Positions 34,094 through 43,123 of a stretch of DNA of 64,000 bases are shown here, piece after piece (position 1 is the stretch's first letter; every line of letters starts with the position of its first letter). The position numbers were made by a program, and so were the translations under genes. The stretch comes from Oscillospiraceae bacterium. Its GTDB lineage: Bacteria > Bacillota > Clostridia > Oscillospirales > CAG-272. The notes under the pieces were generated by a model. The model saw only the letters and a list, made by a program, of their open reading frames with translations. It was not told the DNA's origin and made no database searches. The stretch spans positions 148,665-212,664 of the forward strand of contig SVUK01000004.1 in the NCBI GenBank assembly GCA_015063325.1, in the 5' to 3' direction.

Positions 34094-34741
34094 TTATGTT
34101 AGAATTGCGCGGTTCAGCCGATAGCCGCTTCCGTATTCCGAAAGGATCAGGTTGGGTTGCCCGAGCGTAGCGGCACGGCGATTGATTCGCGAAATTTGCA
34201 CCGAAAGGTTTGCAAAATGTTGTCTTCCTTCCGGGAAACAAAGGGAAAGAAGATCATCGGCAGAAACGATGCGAGGAGCGAATGCAAACAAACAGCGCAA
34301 AATGGCAAGTTCACGGCCCGAAAGCGGAAACGGGTAGCCGAGAAGCATCGCGTCGTTTGATTCAAGCGAGAGCGAAAGCGAAAAGGTGGAAAAATCATAT
34401 TTCCAGCCAACCGTTCCGCGAATGAAAAGCAAAAGTTTTTCGGCAAGATCGGGAATGGATCCGGAATCGCAGACCGTTTCGGCAGGAACATCGGGAAGAT
34501 CTTTGGGCGCACTGATAAGTAGGAGAGGCAAATCAGGGTATTCAGCGCGCAAATCAGCAACCAGCAATTGCGCCGCGTTCAGATCGGGAACTCCGTCAAC
34601 AATTGCACCGCTGATATCCTTTTCGCAAGCAAAAAAGCGTGCTGTTTCGGTGGGGCAAACATAAGTGAAAATACCTGCCGGAAGAAAATGAGAAACCGGC
34701 AGACCGCGAACGGTTTGCCGGTCGGAAACGAGCAAAATCAT
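34094..34741 (-). CDS. OmpR-type winged-helix protein with a degenerate receiver-like N-terminus
   Basis: C-terminal LSGRELAILRCL..ISRINRR..GYRL matches the Trans_reg_C pattern. The N-terminal half lacks an obvious acidic pocket. The ATG overlaps the glcK stop (ATGA). Confidence 0.55.
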   Translation of the reverse strand: MILLVSDRQTVRGLPVSHFLPAGIFTYVCPTETARFFACEKDISGAIVDGVPDLNAAQLLVADLRAEYPDLPLLLISAPKDLPDVPAETVCDSGSIPDLAEKLLLFIRGTVGWKYDFSTFSLSLSLESNDAMLLGYPFPLSGRELAILRCLFAFAPRIVSADDLLSLCFPEGRQHFANLSVQISRINRRAATLGQPNLILSEYGSGYRLNRAILT

Positions 34742-35709
34742 ACCGAGAGCTCCAACCCCAAAGCCGCTGCGCCGATGATACCGGCGTCGTTCTTCAGAGC
34801 GGCAATGCGAATTGCACTGTTCGGTGCGTAAGCTGAACCGTAGGTTTGTTTTTTCACTTCAGGGAAAAGAAGGTCAACAAGCGTTTGCCCTTCGTTGGAA
34901 ATGCCGCCGCCGATCAGAATGACTTCGGGTTGGAAGATGTTAATCATGTTGGCAAGTCCGATTGCAAGATACTTCGTATACTCTTCCACGACCTGCGTTC
35001 CGGCTTCGTCGCCTGCGCGCATAGCGTCAAAGGCGGTTCTACCGTTCAATTTTCCTTTTTCGGCAATCAGATCGGTCATTTTGGTCGGACGTCCTGCTTT
35101 TTCACATTCGTCCAGTTTTTCTTTTGTTGTTTTGATCAGTCCGGTTGCCGAAGAGTAGGTCTCCCAACAGCCGCGTCTTCCACAGGTGCAGGGACGGCCG
35201 TCCACGCAAATTACCGTGTGTCCAAGCTCTCCGCCTGCCGAGTTAAAGCCCTTGTAAATTTTTCCGTCGGCGATAATCCCACCGCCAACTCCGGTTCCCA
35301 GCGTAATCATAATGGCGTTGCGGCAACCCTTTGCGGCGCCGACAACCACTTCACCCCAAGCGGCGGCATTCGCGTCGTTTTCCAAATAAATGTTTGTAGT
35401 GCCGATCCGCTCGCGCAACAGAGGAATCATGGGAAATTCTCGCATTCCAAGGTTGTTGGAATAAACCACCATGCCGCTTTCCTGATCCACCAGTCCCGGC
35501 GAAGCAATACCTACCGATTCTACGTCGGCAATCGCAATCCCTGCCTCGGTGCAAACCTCGTTGCAAAGTTTTGCAATATCGGCAACAATCTCCTCGTTCG
35601 GTCTTTCGGCAATGGTAGGGGTACTTTTTTTCGAGATGATTTCAATTTTTTCATTTACCAGTCCAACGGCAATATTCGTGCCGCCCAAATCAACACCAAT
35701 GCGATACAT
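34738..35709 (-). CDS. glcK: ROK-family glucokinase
   Basis: IGVDLGGTNIAVG ATP-binding N-terminus. Zinc motif CTCGRRGCWETY. GGGI..G C-terminal motif. Confidence 0.85.
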   Translation of the reverse strand: MYRIGVDLGGTNIAVGLVNEKIEIISKKSTPTIAERPNEEIVADIAKLCNEVCTEAGIAIADVESVGIASPGLVDQESGMVVYSNNLGMREFPMIPLLRERIGTTNIYLENDANAAAWGEVVVGAAKGCRNAIMITLGTGVGGGIIADGKIYKGFNSAGGELGHTVICVDGRPCTCGRRGCWETYSSATGLIKTTKEKLDECEKAGRPTKMTDLIAEKGKLNGRTAFDAMRAGDEAGTQVVEEYTKYLAIGLANMINIFQPEVILIGGGISNEGQTLVDLLFPEVKKQTYGSAYAPNSAIRIAALKNDAGIIGAAALGLELSV

Positions 35710-35934
35710 TCAAAGTTTCTCCCATTCATTTTTCCATTTTTCATCTGTCGGAGGGACGAATTTTTCGTGTTCCATTATACATTTTTTGAAAGGCTTCGTC
35801 AAGGCTTTTTTTATAAAAAGTACAAAAGTGTCAATTTTTGGTAAACGGCTTGCAAAGAAAGACGCTTTTCGGTATAATATATATTGGCAAAGGATTGGAA
35901 AAATGTAAAAAAGGAAATCGGAAAGGAAACGAAT

Positions 35935-36636
35935 ATGGATAAGAATTTTACGATACCGGTCAACGAGGCGTTTGAGGCGTCGGCGGCGAATCCTGCCTGC
36001 GGCTGTCCCTTCTGCGCGCTGTACCGAATGCTGGAGGAAAACGAGCTGGATTTAATCCTCGGCGCTTCCATGATGGAGCCGGATATCCGCATCCGCACCA
36101 ACCGGGAGGGCTTTTGCCGACTGCATTACGATTTGATGTTTACGCGTAAAAACCGACTCGGCATGGCGCTAACGCTGGAAAGCCATCTTTCCGAACTGGA
36201 ACACGACCTGCGCGACGGCGGATTGGGAGGCGGAAAAGGCAATAAGCCGATCAAACGCATTGGTGAATTGGAAGCCGGGTGCTACATTTGCAACCGGATC
36301 AATCATAATTTTGAAGAAATGATGGATACCGCCGTTTACATTTGGGAAACCGATCCCGAATTTACGCCCAAACTGAAGGCACAGCCCTATTTTTGCCTGC
36401 CGCACTACCGAAAACTGTTGCAATACGGGCAAAAGCGGCTGGGCAAAAAGCAGTTGCCGACCTTTGTTTCTCAATGTGAGAAAGTGGTTTCCGGCTACCT
36501 TGCCGAACTGCAAAAGGACGTAAGCTGGTTCTGCAAAAAATTTGACTACCGTTACGACGAAGAACCGTGGTATAATTCCAAGGACGCGGTGGAACGCGCG
36601 TTCAAATTCCTGCGGTCGGATATTCACAACCGATAA
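35935..36636 (+). CDS. Cys-rich hypothetical protein (DUF6062-like)
   Basis: MDKNFTIPVNEAF..CGCPFCALY..CYICN..FCLPHY pattern. Start at ATG 35935. Confidence 0.6.
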   Translation: MDKNFTIPVNEAFEASAANPACGCPFCALYRMLEENELDLILGASMMEPDIRIRTNREGFCRLHYDLMFTRKNRLGMALTLESHLSELEHDLRDGGLGGGKGNKPIKRIGELEAGCYICNRINHNFEEMMDTAVYIWETDPEFTPKLKAQPYFCLPHYRKLLQYGQKRLGKKQLPTFVSQCEKVVSGYLAELQKDVSWFCKKFDYRYDEEPWYNSKDAVERAFKFLRSDIHNR

Positions 36637-36648
36637 GAGAGGCATTTT

Positions 36649-37203
36649 ATGATCGATCTTTTGGAACTGCACAAATATTTTATTCTGAAACACCTGCGCG
36701 AGGGCGACGTTGCCGTGGATTTTACCATGGGCAACGGGCACGACACCGAGTTTCTTTCCAAAACGGTTGGCGAGCGCGGGCACGTCTACGCCTTTGATAT
36801 TCAGGCGCAGGCGGTGGAATCCACCCGGCGGCACCTGGAGGAAGCCGGTTGCCCTCAAAACTATACCCTGATCCACGCTTCGCACGAGTTTGTGAAAGAT
36901 TACGTCAAAACGCCCTTCAAAGCCGGCATGTTCAACCTCGGCTGGCTCCCCGGCGGCGATAAATCCATTACCACCCTGCGCAAAAGCACCATGCCGGCAA
37001 TCGAAGCGGCAATTGAGTTGATGGATCGCGACGCAATTTTGAACGTTGCCGTTTACCCGGGACACGAGGAGGGGGACGCCGAAGGGAAGATGATTTGCGA
37101 GTACCTTGCCGGCATCAGCCGCCATAAGGTTTGCGCAACCAAGGTGAAAATCCTCAATTCGCCCACCTCGCCCTACTTCATCGTCATTGAAACGAAACCG
37201 TAA
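36649..37203 (+). CDS. class I SAM-dependent methyltransferase (putative rRNA methylase family)
   Basis: VAVDFTMGNGHDTEFL SAM-binding motif and YAFDIQ. About 184 aa, typical of the YtqB/PF06962 type. Confidence 0.7.
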   Translation: MIDLLELHKYFILKHLREGDVAVDFTMGNGHDTEFLSKTVGERGHVYAFDIQAQAVESTRRHLEEAGCPQNYTLIHASHEFVKDYVKTPFKAGMFNLGWLPGGDKSITTLRKSTMPAIEAAIELMDRDAILNVAVYPGHEEGDAEGKMICEYLAGISRHKVCATKVKILNSPTSPYFIVIETKP

Positions 37204-37264
37204 AAAAATCCGCTTGGAAGTTTCCAAGCGGATTTTTGCTGTTGTTAGTTTTAATATATTTCTA

Positions 37265-37963
37265 TTATTGTATTTCTTTCGAGCGGTCGATGGTGAAAAT
37301 GTGCATTGTGCCGGCGCGCACACGCGCAATATAATCGGCAACGCTTTCGAGCGGCGTTTCACATTCCAATCCGGCAAGCAAAGGGCAATCACCGGCGCGG
37401 TGATTGTCCGATCCGGCGGTTTGGCAAACAAAGCCGTAATGGTCGGCAAAGAGCTTTGCCATCTCATTTTCAAATGCCGGACGGCTGGAATTGAGAATTT
37501 CCACCCCATCCACACAGCGCGGAAACAGGCGGATGTGGTCAATGTAGGAGCTATCCCGAAAAGGGTGCGCCTGAATGACCAAAGCCCCTTGCGATTGCAA
37601 AAAGGGCAATTCTTCGCTTTTTTTCATTTCCATAATTTCCGGGTGCGCAAGATACCATTCCTTGTCCAATCCGTAAACTAGAAAATCGGTGCCGCCGTAG
37701 GTCAGTTCCACCCCGAAAAAGAGTTTAATGCCAAGTTTTTTTGCAATCGGCAGTCCGTCCTCGTAGTCCTTGCAGTAAAGATTGATTTTTTCGGCATATG
37801 GCAAGTCGGCGTCGCGCAAATAGAAGTTGCCGTCCAAAAAATGATTGGTCAGAAAAACGCCGTCGTAACCGAGCGAGGCATAAAATTCCAAACTCTCCTC
37901 AACCGTTTTTTTTGCACATTTGCTGACCGGAGAAGTGTGCAGGTGCGTTTCGTAGCGGTACAT
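37265..37963 (-). CDS. PHP-domain metal-dependent phosphoesterase
   Basis: YETHLHTSPVSKCA N-terminal His motif, and later QAHPFR and GSDNH motifs. Confidence 0.7.
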   Translation of the reverse strand: MYRYETHLHTSPVSKCAKKTVEESLEFYASLGYDGVFLTNHFLDGNFYLRDADLPYAEKINLYCKDYEDGLPIAKKLGIKLFFGVELTYGGTDFLVYGLDKEWYLAHPEIMEMKKSEELPFLQSQGALVIQAHPFRDSSYIDHIRLFPRCVDGVEILNSSRPAFENEMAKLFADHYGFVCQTAGSDNHRAGDCPLLAGLECETPLESVADYIARVRAGTMHIFTIDRSKEIQ

Positions 37964-37974
37964 GGCGTTTCCTT

Positions 37975-38880
37975 TCAGTCGAGATAATCGCAGGCGGCAA
38001 GAGCGGCGACAGCGCCGTCAGACGCCGCAGTGGTCACCTGACGGATCTTTTTGGAGCGGCAGTCGCCGGCAACGAAAATACCGGGGGTACTCGTCAAGCA
38101 GGATTCGTCCGCGTCGGCATAACCGTAGGAATTGAGCTTGACGACGTTTGCAAACGGCTCGTTTTGCGGAATCAAACCGATGGCGATGAACATTCCGTCG
38201 ATTGTAAGATCGGAGAGGGTGCCGTCCGCCACCTTTTTAATCCGGATACCGGAGAGCGCATCTTCGCCCAAAATCGAATCGACCACCGTTCCCAAAATGA
38301 TCTCTACGTTTGTGCGCGCGGCAAGGGTATCGCGCAGTTTTTGCTCGCCGGTCAGAGTATCAAGGTTTTGAACCACGAATACCTTTTTGCATTGTTCGGA
38401 AAGCAAAATTGCCTCCTGCAAAGCCGAGTTTCCGCCGCCGATAACGGCAACCGTTTTGCCTTGGTAGAAAGCGCCGTCGCAAACGGCACAGAACGAAATG
38501 CCGTCGCCGATAAACTGTTTTTCACGCTCCAACCCCAAAAGGCGGTGGCGCGCGCCGGTGGAAATGATCACGGTTTTGCCCTGAAATTCGCCGCAGTCGG
38601 TCACAACCGTTTTGATCTCCCCGTCCCGGATCCCCTGCGCTTCGCAAACTTCCACCTCGGCGCCCTGTTCGAGAACTTGCTCTACCAAATGGTCGGCAAA
38701 CTCGTTGCCCGAAAGGGAAAGGAAGCCGGGAATATTTTCCACCTTCGGGGAGTAGGTGATCTGCCCTCCGAAGGCGCCCTTTTCCAAAATCAGCACCGTT
38801 TTGTTGGCGCGGCGCGCGTAGAGCGCGGCAGTCAGACCGGCAGGACCACCGCCGATAATGATCATATCATAAACAGACAT
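37975..38880 (-). CDS. trxB: thioredoxin-disulfide reductase
   Basis: IIGGGPAG (FAD), CAVCDG redox centre, VIGGGNSA (NADPH). Confidence 0.9.
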   Translation of the reverse strand: MSVYDMIIIGGGPAGLTAALYARRANKTVLILEKGAFGGQITYSPKVENIPGFLSLSGNEFADHLVEQVLEQGAEVEVCEAQGIRDGEIKTVVTDCGEFQGKTVIISTGARHRLLGLEREKQFIGDGISFCAVCDGAFYQGKTVAVIGGGNSALQEAILLSEQCKKVFVVQNLDTLTGEQKLRDTLAARTNVEIILGTVVDSILGEDALSGIRIKKVADGTLSDLTIDGMFIAIGLIPQNEPFANVVKLNSYGYADADESCLTSTPGIFVAGDCRSKKIRQVTTAASDGAVAALAACDYLD

Positions 38881-38954
38881 ACGATTCTCCTTGTGATGAA
38901 AGAGGGGCTTTCCGCAGTTGCGCGGAAAGCCCGCTTTTTTTCAAAAGTCAAAAA

Positions 38955-41327
38955 TCAAAGTGCGAGATTTCTTTTAATGTCGGAAACGCCGGCATATTTA
39001 GCGGCTTCTCCGTTTTTCACAACCACCATGGTCGGCGCCTGCTTAATGCCGAGCTCGGTTGCCAGCGCAGCGTTCTCATTTGCCAAAAGGTTGGTGTAGG
39101 GAATGCCGGCTTTATCCAGAATGGATTTGACGATTTTGCAGTTGGGGCAGGTCGCCGTGGTGAACAGGTAGTTGCCGTCAGCAAGTCCTTTTTCCTCTAC
39201 CACTGCAGGCGCTTCTTCCTTGCAGGTGGTGCAGCCCTCGTGTTTCAGCGTGGAGTGCGCAACATCGTAGGTCAGGCGGTCCTTATATTCCTGCGCTTTG
39301 CCGTCGTTCCAGTTCTGCACCGGGCGGTAGTAGCCGGTAATGCGGCTGTAAACCTCGGTTGGTTGACCGCAATGGGGGCAGGTGAACTGCTCGCCGGCAA
39401 GATAGCCGTGGTTTTTGCAAACCGAATAGGTCGGCGACATGGTGTAGTAGGGCAGACGGTAGTTTTCGGCAATCTTGCGAACGAGATTTGCGGCGGCTTT
39501 CCAGTCGGGCAGTTTCTCGCCGAGGAAAGCGTGGAAGACGGTGCCGGAGGTGTACAGCGTTTGCAGTTCGTCCTGAATATCCAGCGCCGAGAAGATATCC
39601 TCGGTGTAGCCGACCGGCAGGTGCGAGGAGTTGGTGTAGTAGGGCGTTTCGTCCTTGGTCTTTGCCGCGGTGATGATGTCCGGATAGCGCTTCAAATCAT
39701 GCTTTGCAAGACGGAAAGCGGTGGACTCTGCCGGAGTTGCTTCCAGGTTGTAAAGGTCGCCGTATTCTTCCTGATAGTCGGAAAGGCGCTCTCTCATGTG
39801 GTTGAGCACGTTCTTGGTGAATTCCTGTGCCTTCTCGTGCGTCAAATCCTCGCGGATCCAAGCGGCGTTGCGGCAGGCCTCGTTCATACCGACCAGACCG
39901 ATGGTGGAGAAGTGGTTGTTGAAAGTGCCCAGGTAGCGTTTGGTGTAGGGGTAAAGCCCTGCTTCCAGCAGTTTGGTAATAACGGTACGTTTCACTTTGA
40001 GCGAGCGAGCGGCAATATCCATCATGTGGTCGAGGCGCTCGTAGAACTCTTTTTCATCCTTGGAAAGGTAGGCAATACGCGGCATATTGATGGTGACAAC
40101 ACCAACCGAACCGGTGCTTTCGCCGCTGCCGAAGAAACCGCCCGACTTTTTGCGCAGTTCGCGCAGGTCAAGGCGCAGCCGGCAGCACATGGAGCGCACG
40201 TCGCTCGGCTCCATATCGCTGTTGATATAGTTGGAGAAGTAGGGAGTGCCGTATTTTGCGGTCATCTCAAAGAGCAGTTTGTTGTTCTCGGTTTCCGACC
40301 AGTCGAAATCGCGGGTGATGGAGTAGGTGGGAATGGGGTATTGGAATCCGCGGCCGTTGGCGTCGCCTTCAATCATGATTTCGATGAACGCGCGGTTCAC
40401 CATATCCATTTCCTTTTTGCAATCCTTGTATTTGAAATCCATCTCCTTGCCGCCGACAATGGCGTTCAGCTCGGCAAGGTCGGCGGGAACCGTCCAGTCC
40501 AACGTAATGTTGGTAAAGGGCGATTGCGTGCCCCAACGGGAGGGAGTGTTCACACCGTAAATGAAGGACTGGATGCACTGTTTGACTTCTTTGTAGGAGA
40601 GGTTGTCCACCTTGACAAAGGGAGCAAGATAGGTGTCAAAGGAGGAGAACGCCTGCGCGCCTGCCCATTCGTTTTGCATAATACCAAGGAAGTTGACCAT
40701 CTGATTGCAGAGGGTGGAAAGGTGACCGGCAGGGGAAGAGGTGATCTTGCCGACCACACCGCCAAGTCCTTCCTGAATGAGCTGTTTGAGCGACCAACCG
40801 GCGCAGTAACCGGTCAGCATGGAGAGGTCGTGAATGTGAATATCGGCGTTGCGGTGCGCATTTGCAATTTCCTCGTCGTAAACTTCGGAGAGCCAGTAGT
40901 TCGCCGTGACGGCGCCGGAGTTGGAAAGGATCAGACCGCCGACGGAGTAGGTAACGGTGGAATTTTCCTTAACGCGCCAGTCGTTGATTTTCAGGTAGTT
41001 GTCCACAACGTCCTTGTAGTCCAGCACCGTTTTGTTCAGGTCGCGGATCTTCTCCCTCTGTTTGCGGTAGAGAATATATGCTTTTGCAACGTCATCGTAG
41101 CCGGCTTTGATGAGCACCGATTCCACGCTGTCCTGAATGGCTTCCACGGATACTTGTCCGTCTTTGATTTTCGGTTCAAAGTCGGCGGTCACCTTCAGTG
41201 CAAGAAAGTCGATGATGTCATCGTTGTATTGCCGTTTGCAGGCGTCAAACGCCTTTTTCATGGCGGCGCTGATTTTTGTAAGATTGAAATCGGCAAGAGC
41301 GCCGTCCCGTTTGGTAACGCGATACAT
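38955..41327 (-). CDS. nrdD: anaerobic ribonucleoside-triphosphate reductase with C-terminal thioredoxin/glutaredoxin-like domain
   Basis: N-terminal ATP-cone (VTKRDGALADFNLTKI), zinc site CPHCG, glycyl-radical motif RITGYYRPVQNWNDGK. Followed by an extra ~100 aa with TATCPNCK..QAPTMVV, a CxxC and cis-Pro-like pattern. Confidence 0.9.
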   Translation of the reverse strand: MYRVTKRDGALADFNLTKISAAMKKAFDACKRQYNDDIIDFLALKVTADFEPKIKDGQVSVEAIQDSVESVLIKAGYDDVAKAYILYRKQREKIRDLNKTVLDYKDVVDNYLKINDWRVKENSTVTYSVGGLILSNSGAVTANYWLSEVYDEEIANAHRNADIHIHDLSMLTGYCAGWSLKQLIQEGLGGVVGKITSSPAGHLSTLCNQMVNFLGIMQNEWAGAQAFSSFDTYLAPFVKVDNLSYKEVKQCIQSFIYGVNTPSRWGTQSPFTNITLDWTVPADLAELNAIVGGKEMDFKYKDCKKEMDMVNRAFIEIMIEGDANGRGFQYPIPTYSITRDFDWSETENNKLLFEMTAKYGTPYFSNYINSDMEPSDVRSMCCRLRLDLRELRKKSGGFFGSGESTGSVGVVTINMPRIAYLSKDEKEFYERLDHMMDIAARSLKVKRTVITKLLEAGLYPYTKRYLGTFNNHFSTIGLVGMNEACRNAAWIREDLTHEKAQEFTKNVLNHMRERLSDYQEEYGDLYNLEATPAESTAFRLAKHDLKRYPDIITAAKTKDETPYYTNSSHLPVGYTEDIFSALDIQDELQTLYTSGTVFHAFLGEKLPDWKAAANLVRKIAENYRLPYYTMSPTYSVCKNHGYLAGEQFTCPHCGQPTEVYSRITGYYRPVQNWNDGKAQEYKDRLTYDVAHSTLKHEGCTTCKEEAPAVVEEKGLADGNYLFTTATCPNCKIVKSILDKAGIPYTNLLANENAALATELGIKQAPTMVVVKNGEAAKYAGVSDIKRNLAL

Positions 41328-41434
41328 TTTTTAAATTCCCCCTTTTTGCTGTGGCTTTTGGTAAAAAAACTTTTCTTATCGTTGATAAAATCCCCCGTTC
41401 GGAAAAGGGGGGGATCTGTTTTGTCAGCTTTTTT

Positions 41435-41487
41435 ATTGTACCATATATCTTGTGTTTTGTCAAGCGAATTTTCACAATATCTTGTGT
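41435..41487 (-). promoter_or_regulatory. nrdD promoter with two tandem NrdR boxes
   Basis: Minus strand: TTGACA (41463-41458), 17-nt spacer, TACAAT (41440-41435). NrdR-box-like palindromes acacaagatatatggt (41455-41440) and acacaagatattgtga (41487-41472), 32 bp centre to centre. Confidence 0.7.
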
Positions 41488-41617
41488 TCTATATGTACAA
41501 AAATAAATTTGCAATTTTGTAAAAAATAACCTGCAAAAAAAGCGTTCCGAAGGGATATTTGCCGTTTTGTTTTCGGGCGGCGAATATCTGCGTCGGAACG
41601 CGTAGCCAAAAGAGATT

Positions 41618-42310
41618 TTAAATTCCGCGCAGGGCGGCGCCGGGAATTTTCCGCGCTGCAATTTCGCGCAGCAATTCCAGCATTTCCGGCGAGTGCGCAT
41701 GCAAATTTGAGCCGATCATGTGCTCCGACTCCTGAAAATTTTGTAGAAAATAACGAGGCGCCCCGGCAATCCAGTCGGCAATGGCGGCAATATCTTTTTC
41801 GGTGTGAAGTTCTTTTACAATGGTTGTGCGAAATTCAAAATCCACCGTGCCGGAAAGCAAAAAGTCAACGCTTTCCTCCACCGGGCGCAAATCAAAATTG
41901 GGAAGCCCGACGGTCAGAGCGTATTTTTCTTTGGAATTTTTGATATCCATGGCAATATAGTCTACCAATCCCTCGTTAACAATACTTTTCAAAAGATCGG
42001 GATAGGAACCGTTGGTATCCAGCTTGACCGAATAGCCAAGCGCTTTGATCTTTCGCAAAAGTTCGGGAATGTCGCGGTTCAAGAGCGGTTCGCCGCCGGT
42101 AATGGCAACGCCGTCCAAAATGCCGCGCCGTTTTTGCAGATAGGAAAAGATTTCTTCTTCGTCGTAGACCGCCGCCGCGTCAATCTCGGTAACCAGCAGG
42201 GCGTTGTGGCAAAACGGACAGCGGAAATTACAGCCTGCCGTAAACAGCGTGCAGGCAACTTTGCCGGGAAAGTCCAGCATGGTCATTTTTTGAAACCCGT
42301 GAATCTTCAT
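41618..42310 (-). CDS. nrdG: anaerobic ribonucleotide reductase activating protein (radical SAM)
   Basis: MKIHGFQKMTMLDFPGKVACTLFTAGCNFRCPFCHN. Start at ATG 42310 (AAAGGAG RBS) rather than track start 42361. Confidence 0.85.
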   Translation of the reverse strand: MKIHGFQKMTMLDFPGKVACTLFTAGCNFRCPFCHNALLVTEIDAAAVYDEEEIFSYLQKRRGILDGVAITGGEPLLNRDIPELLRKIKALGYSVKLDTNGSYPDLLKSIVNEGLVDYIAMDIKNSKEKYALTVGLPNFDLRPVEESVDFLLSGTVDFEFRTTIVKELHTEKDIAAIADWIAGAPRYFLQNFQESEHMIGSNLHAHSPEMLELLREIAARKIPGAALRGI

Positions 42311-42546
42311 CTGTTTTAACGCTCCTTTTCGGGTGAGATTTACCGAACGGTATATTTTCATTATAGTGAATTTTTGTGAACAAAAGGTGAACGAAACGCA
42401 GGAAACCGAACCGAAAAAGCGCGCCGTTTTGCGCCTCTATAAATAAAGGAAGAAAGGCATTTTTCAACCAATAAAAAATCGTGAAAATGCTCAAAAACCG
42501 GCGCGTTGGATTATCAAAATTTCACAATGTTTTTTGGCGTTTTCTC

Positions 42547-42603
42547 TTGACTTTTCCAAAAGACTGTGGTAAAATAATTTTTTGGAATGTTAGCATGCTA
42601 ACA
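42547..42603 (+). promoter_or_regulatory. marR-ABC operon promoter with palindromic operator
   Basis: TTGACT (42547-42552), 17-nt spacer, TAAAAT (42570-42575). Perfect 16-bp palindrome TGTTAGCATGCTAACA (42588-42603) lies between the -10 element and the RBS. Confidence 0.6.
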
Positions 42604-42625
42604 GATTGAGAAAGGAAAAAATAAA

Positions 42626-43123
42626 ATGCAGGAAAAAAAGCGCGATTTGGGGCAAATGATTTGCCACGCTTCGCGGCTGTTCCGCCGAAAGATGGACCAA
42701 TCCATTGTCTCGGCAATGGGAACAGACGCCGATGAAGTTTGCTCGGGGCGCAATCTTTGGGTACTCCGATACGTTAAAGATCACGAAGGAGAAGCCGTTT
42801 ATCAAAGAGATTTGGAAAAAAACTTCCGGTTGCGGCGCTCCACCATTTCCAATATGATTGACTTAATGGTGCAGAAACAGTTTCTCGCGCGCGAGCAGGC
42901 GCAAGGGGATAAACGGCTCAAACGGCTGATTTTGACCGAAAAAGGGGAAGCAATTTTAGCGGAAGTCACCCATTCGGTCGGCGAATTGGAAACGGCTTTG
43001 CGCGGGCAGTACACCCAGGAAGAATACAACGAATTTTTTATGTTTTTGGAACGGTTGTGCGATTCACTGGAATCCACAACCGAAACCCCCGAAGGAAAGG
43101 AACCGGAAAAAACAAATGGGTAA
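42626..43123 (+). CDS. MarR-family transcriptional regulator
   Basis: Winged-helix core QRDLEKNFRLRRSTISNMIDLMVQKQFLAREQAQGDKRLKRLILTEKG. Confidence 0.85.
   Translation: MQEKKRDLGQMICHASRLFRRKMDQSIVSAMGTDADEVCSGRNLWVLRYVKDHEGEAVYQRDLEKNFRLRRSTISNMIDLMVQKQFLAREQAQGDKRLKRLILTEKGEAILAEVTHSVGELETALRGQYTQEEYNEFFMFLERLCDSLESTTETPEGKEPEKTNG

Noticed and set aside
36169-37542. 457-aa minus-strand ORF
   Set aside because: It spans the antisense of two well-supported plus-strand genes (the DUF6062-like gene and the methyltransferase) plus an intergenic region. It has no RBS or motifs.
39240-41522. 760-aa ORF on the plus strand
   Set aside because: It lies entirely antisense to nrdD, which has unmistakable RNR motifs. 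Its product is Gly/Val/Ala/Arg-rich with no motifs, so it is an antisense-frame artefact of GC-rich coding DNA.
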